Below are positions 62,723 through 64,000 of a stretch of 64,000 bases of DNA, piece by piece. The notes below the pieces were generated by a model. That model did not search any database, had not been told where the DNA came from, and saw only the letters and a list, made by a program, of their open reading frames with translations. A program made the position numbers and the translations under genes. Source of the stretch: Sulfuritalea sp. GTDB lineage: Bacteria > Pseudomonadota > Gammaproteobacteria > Burkholderiales > Rhodocyclaceae. The stretch lies in assembly GCA_021738385.1 (NCBI GenBank), contig JAIPCF010000001.1, positions 19,036-83,035 on the forward strand. The letters run 5' to 3'. The first letter of the stretch is position 1, and each line of letters begins with the position of its first letter.

Positions 62723-63748
62723 ATGGAACACACCGGCATTTTCGAACTTGATGAGCTTGAACGCGTGATCGCGGCGGGTGGTTCGCGCCTGGAAGACAGC
62801 ACCCTGTGCGAAATCGACTGCGGCACGCGGCGGTTGCCGGTGCGTGCCATCGCGATCGGCAATCCGGCCGCCGATGCTCCGGCCATCGGCATATTTGGCG
62901 GCGTCCATGGCCTGGAGGCGATCGGCGCCCAGGTAGCGATCGCTTTCCTGCAAAGCATCGTCAACCGCTTGCGCTGGGACACGACCCTGCATCGCCAGAT
63001 GGAAAATCTGCGGCTGGTTTTCGTGCCCGCAGTCAATCCCGGCGGCATGTGGCGACGCACCCGCGCCAATCCGAATGGCATCGACCTGATGCGCAACGCG
63101 CCGCTCGAATCGCACGGAAAAGTACCCTTCCTGATCGGCGGCCATCGCTTCGGGCCACGTCTGCCCTGGTACCGCGGCCCTGAAAGCGGTCCCGTCGAGA
63201 CGGAGACCGAGGCTCTCTGCCGGATCGTGGAGGGGGAATTGCTCAGCCATCGCTTCAGCATCGCCATCGATTGCCATTCCGGCTTCGGTGTCAGCGATCG
63301 AATCTGGTTTCCCCATGCCCATACCGTGATGCCGATTCCCCACCTGGCGGAAATGCATGCGCTGATGGAAATACTCGATCAGACCCACAGCCACCATCGC
63401 TACCTGTTCGAACCGCAGAGTCGGCAATACCTGGCGCACGGCGACCTGTGGGACTACCTCTATCTGCGCGCGCTGGAAGATGGCAGACGCATCTTTCTGC
63501 CGCTGACGCTCGAAATGGGTTCCTGGCTCTGGGTCAAGAAGAATCCGCGCCAGCTCTTTTCGCGCCATGGCATGTTCAACCCGTTGATCGAGCATCGGCG
63601 GCAAAGGGTGCTTCGGCGTCATTTGTCGTGGCTCGACTTCATGACCCGTGCCGCGAGCGGACATGCGCTATGGCTGCCGCTTGGCGAACAGCGCGACAGG
63701 CATCTGTACAGTGCCATGCATCGCTGGTACCAGGGGTCGGCGCCATGA
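62723..63748 (+). CDS. M14-like zinc carboxypeptidase family protein
   Basis: HGLE zinc motif, NPGG, N.NGIDLMRN, IDCHSG, TLEMG. Confidence 0.85.
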   Translation: MEHTGIFELDELERVIAAGGSRLEDSTLCEIDCGTRRLPVRAIAIGNPAADAPAIGIFGGVHGLEAIGAQVAIAFLQSIVNRLRWDTTLHRQMENLRLVFVPAVNPGGMWRRTRANPNGIDLMRNAPLESHGKVPFLIGGHRFGPRLPWYRGPESGPVETETEALCRIVEGELLSHRFSIAIDCHSGFGVSDRIWFPHAHTVMPIPHLAEMHALMEILDQTHSHHRYLFEPQSRQYLAHGDLWDYLYLRALEDGRRIFLPLTLEMGSWLWVKKNPRQLFSRHGMFNPLIEHRRQRVLRRHLSWLDFMTRAASGHALWLPLGEQRDRHLYSAMHRWYQGSAP

Positions 63749-64000
63749 GCACCTGGGTTTTGCTGCGCGGACTGACGCGGGAATCGCGTCATTGGGGTGA
63801 ATTTCCTCGAATGCTGGCCGATGCCTTCGGTGGGGCGTCGATGGTCTGCCTCGATTTTCCGGGCAGCGGCCGTTTCAATTCAATGGAAAGTCCGCGCAGC
63901 GTCGAAGCCATGGCGGACTGGCGTCACTTCGAGATGGCCAGATGGCCGATCAGTCGGCCTTGCCCTGTGCCGGCGATGTCGCTCGGGGCCATGGTTGCCG
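63745..64000 (+). CDS. Alpha/beta hydrolase (partial, runs off the window)
   Basis: ATGA overlap with the upstream stop; MSTWVLLRGLTRESRHWG, LDFPGSG, AMSLGAMV nucleophile elbow. Confidence 0.8.
   Translation, partial: MSTWVLLRGLTRESRHWGEFPRMLADAFGGASMVCLDFPGSGRFNSMESPRSVEAMADWRHFEMARWPISRPCPVPAMSLGAMVA

Overview
GC-rich betaproteobacterial chromosome segment (gene order and proteins look Rhodocyclales-like; inference). It is mostly housekeeping: frmA-fghA-gfa formaldehyde detoxification, aroC, leuC-entericidin-leuD-leuB-asd-fimV-truA-trpFBA-accD-folC-dedD-cvpA-purF-metZ, lpxH-ppi, cysS, dnaJ-dnaK-grpE-trxC, hemH-hrcA-nadK-recN, fur-bamE-dapB-carAB-greA and rlmE-ftsH-folP-glmM. No rRNA, tRNA, CRISPR array or transposase was seen. 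The most striking signal is not a gene. A non-palindromic 24-bp motif (AAWASTCGGCGCTGGCRAYACGGC) recurs 10 times, about once per 6 kb. Eight copies lie inside unrelated coding sequences, read in four different frames or orientations, which suggests an undescribed chromosome-wide DNA signal (uptake-sequence-like or protein-binding). Second, 56.5-62.6 kb holds a diverged duplicated module: two EAL-CBS-GGDEF/SixA pairs, an orphan SiaC-like gene lacking the phosphoacceptor Thr, and two unannotated small ORFs. Four promoters there have PhoB-box architecture, and one EAL copy has lost key catalytic glutamates. Other observations are an orphan TAXI binding protein coupled to a Cache-PAS-GGDEF-EAL sensor, an internally deleted leuE remnant between carA and carB, and small REP/MITE-like elements. 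All calls are by eye from the sequence; no searches were run.
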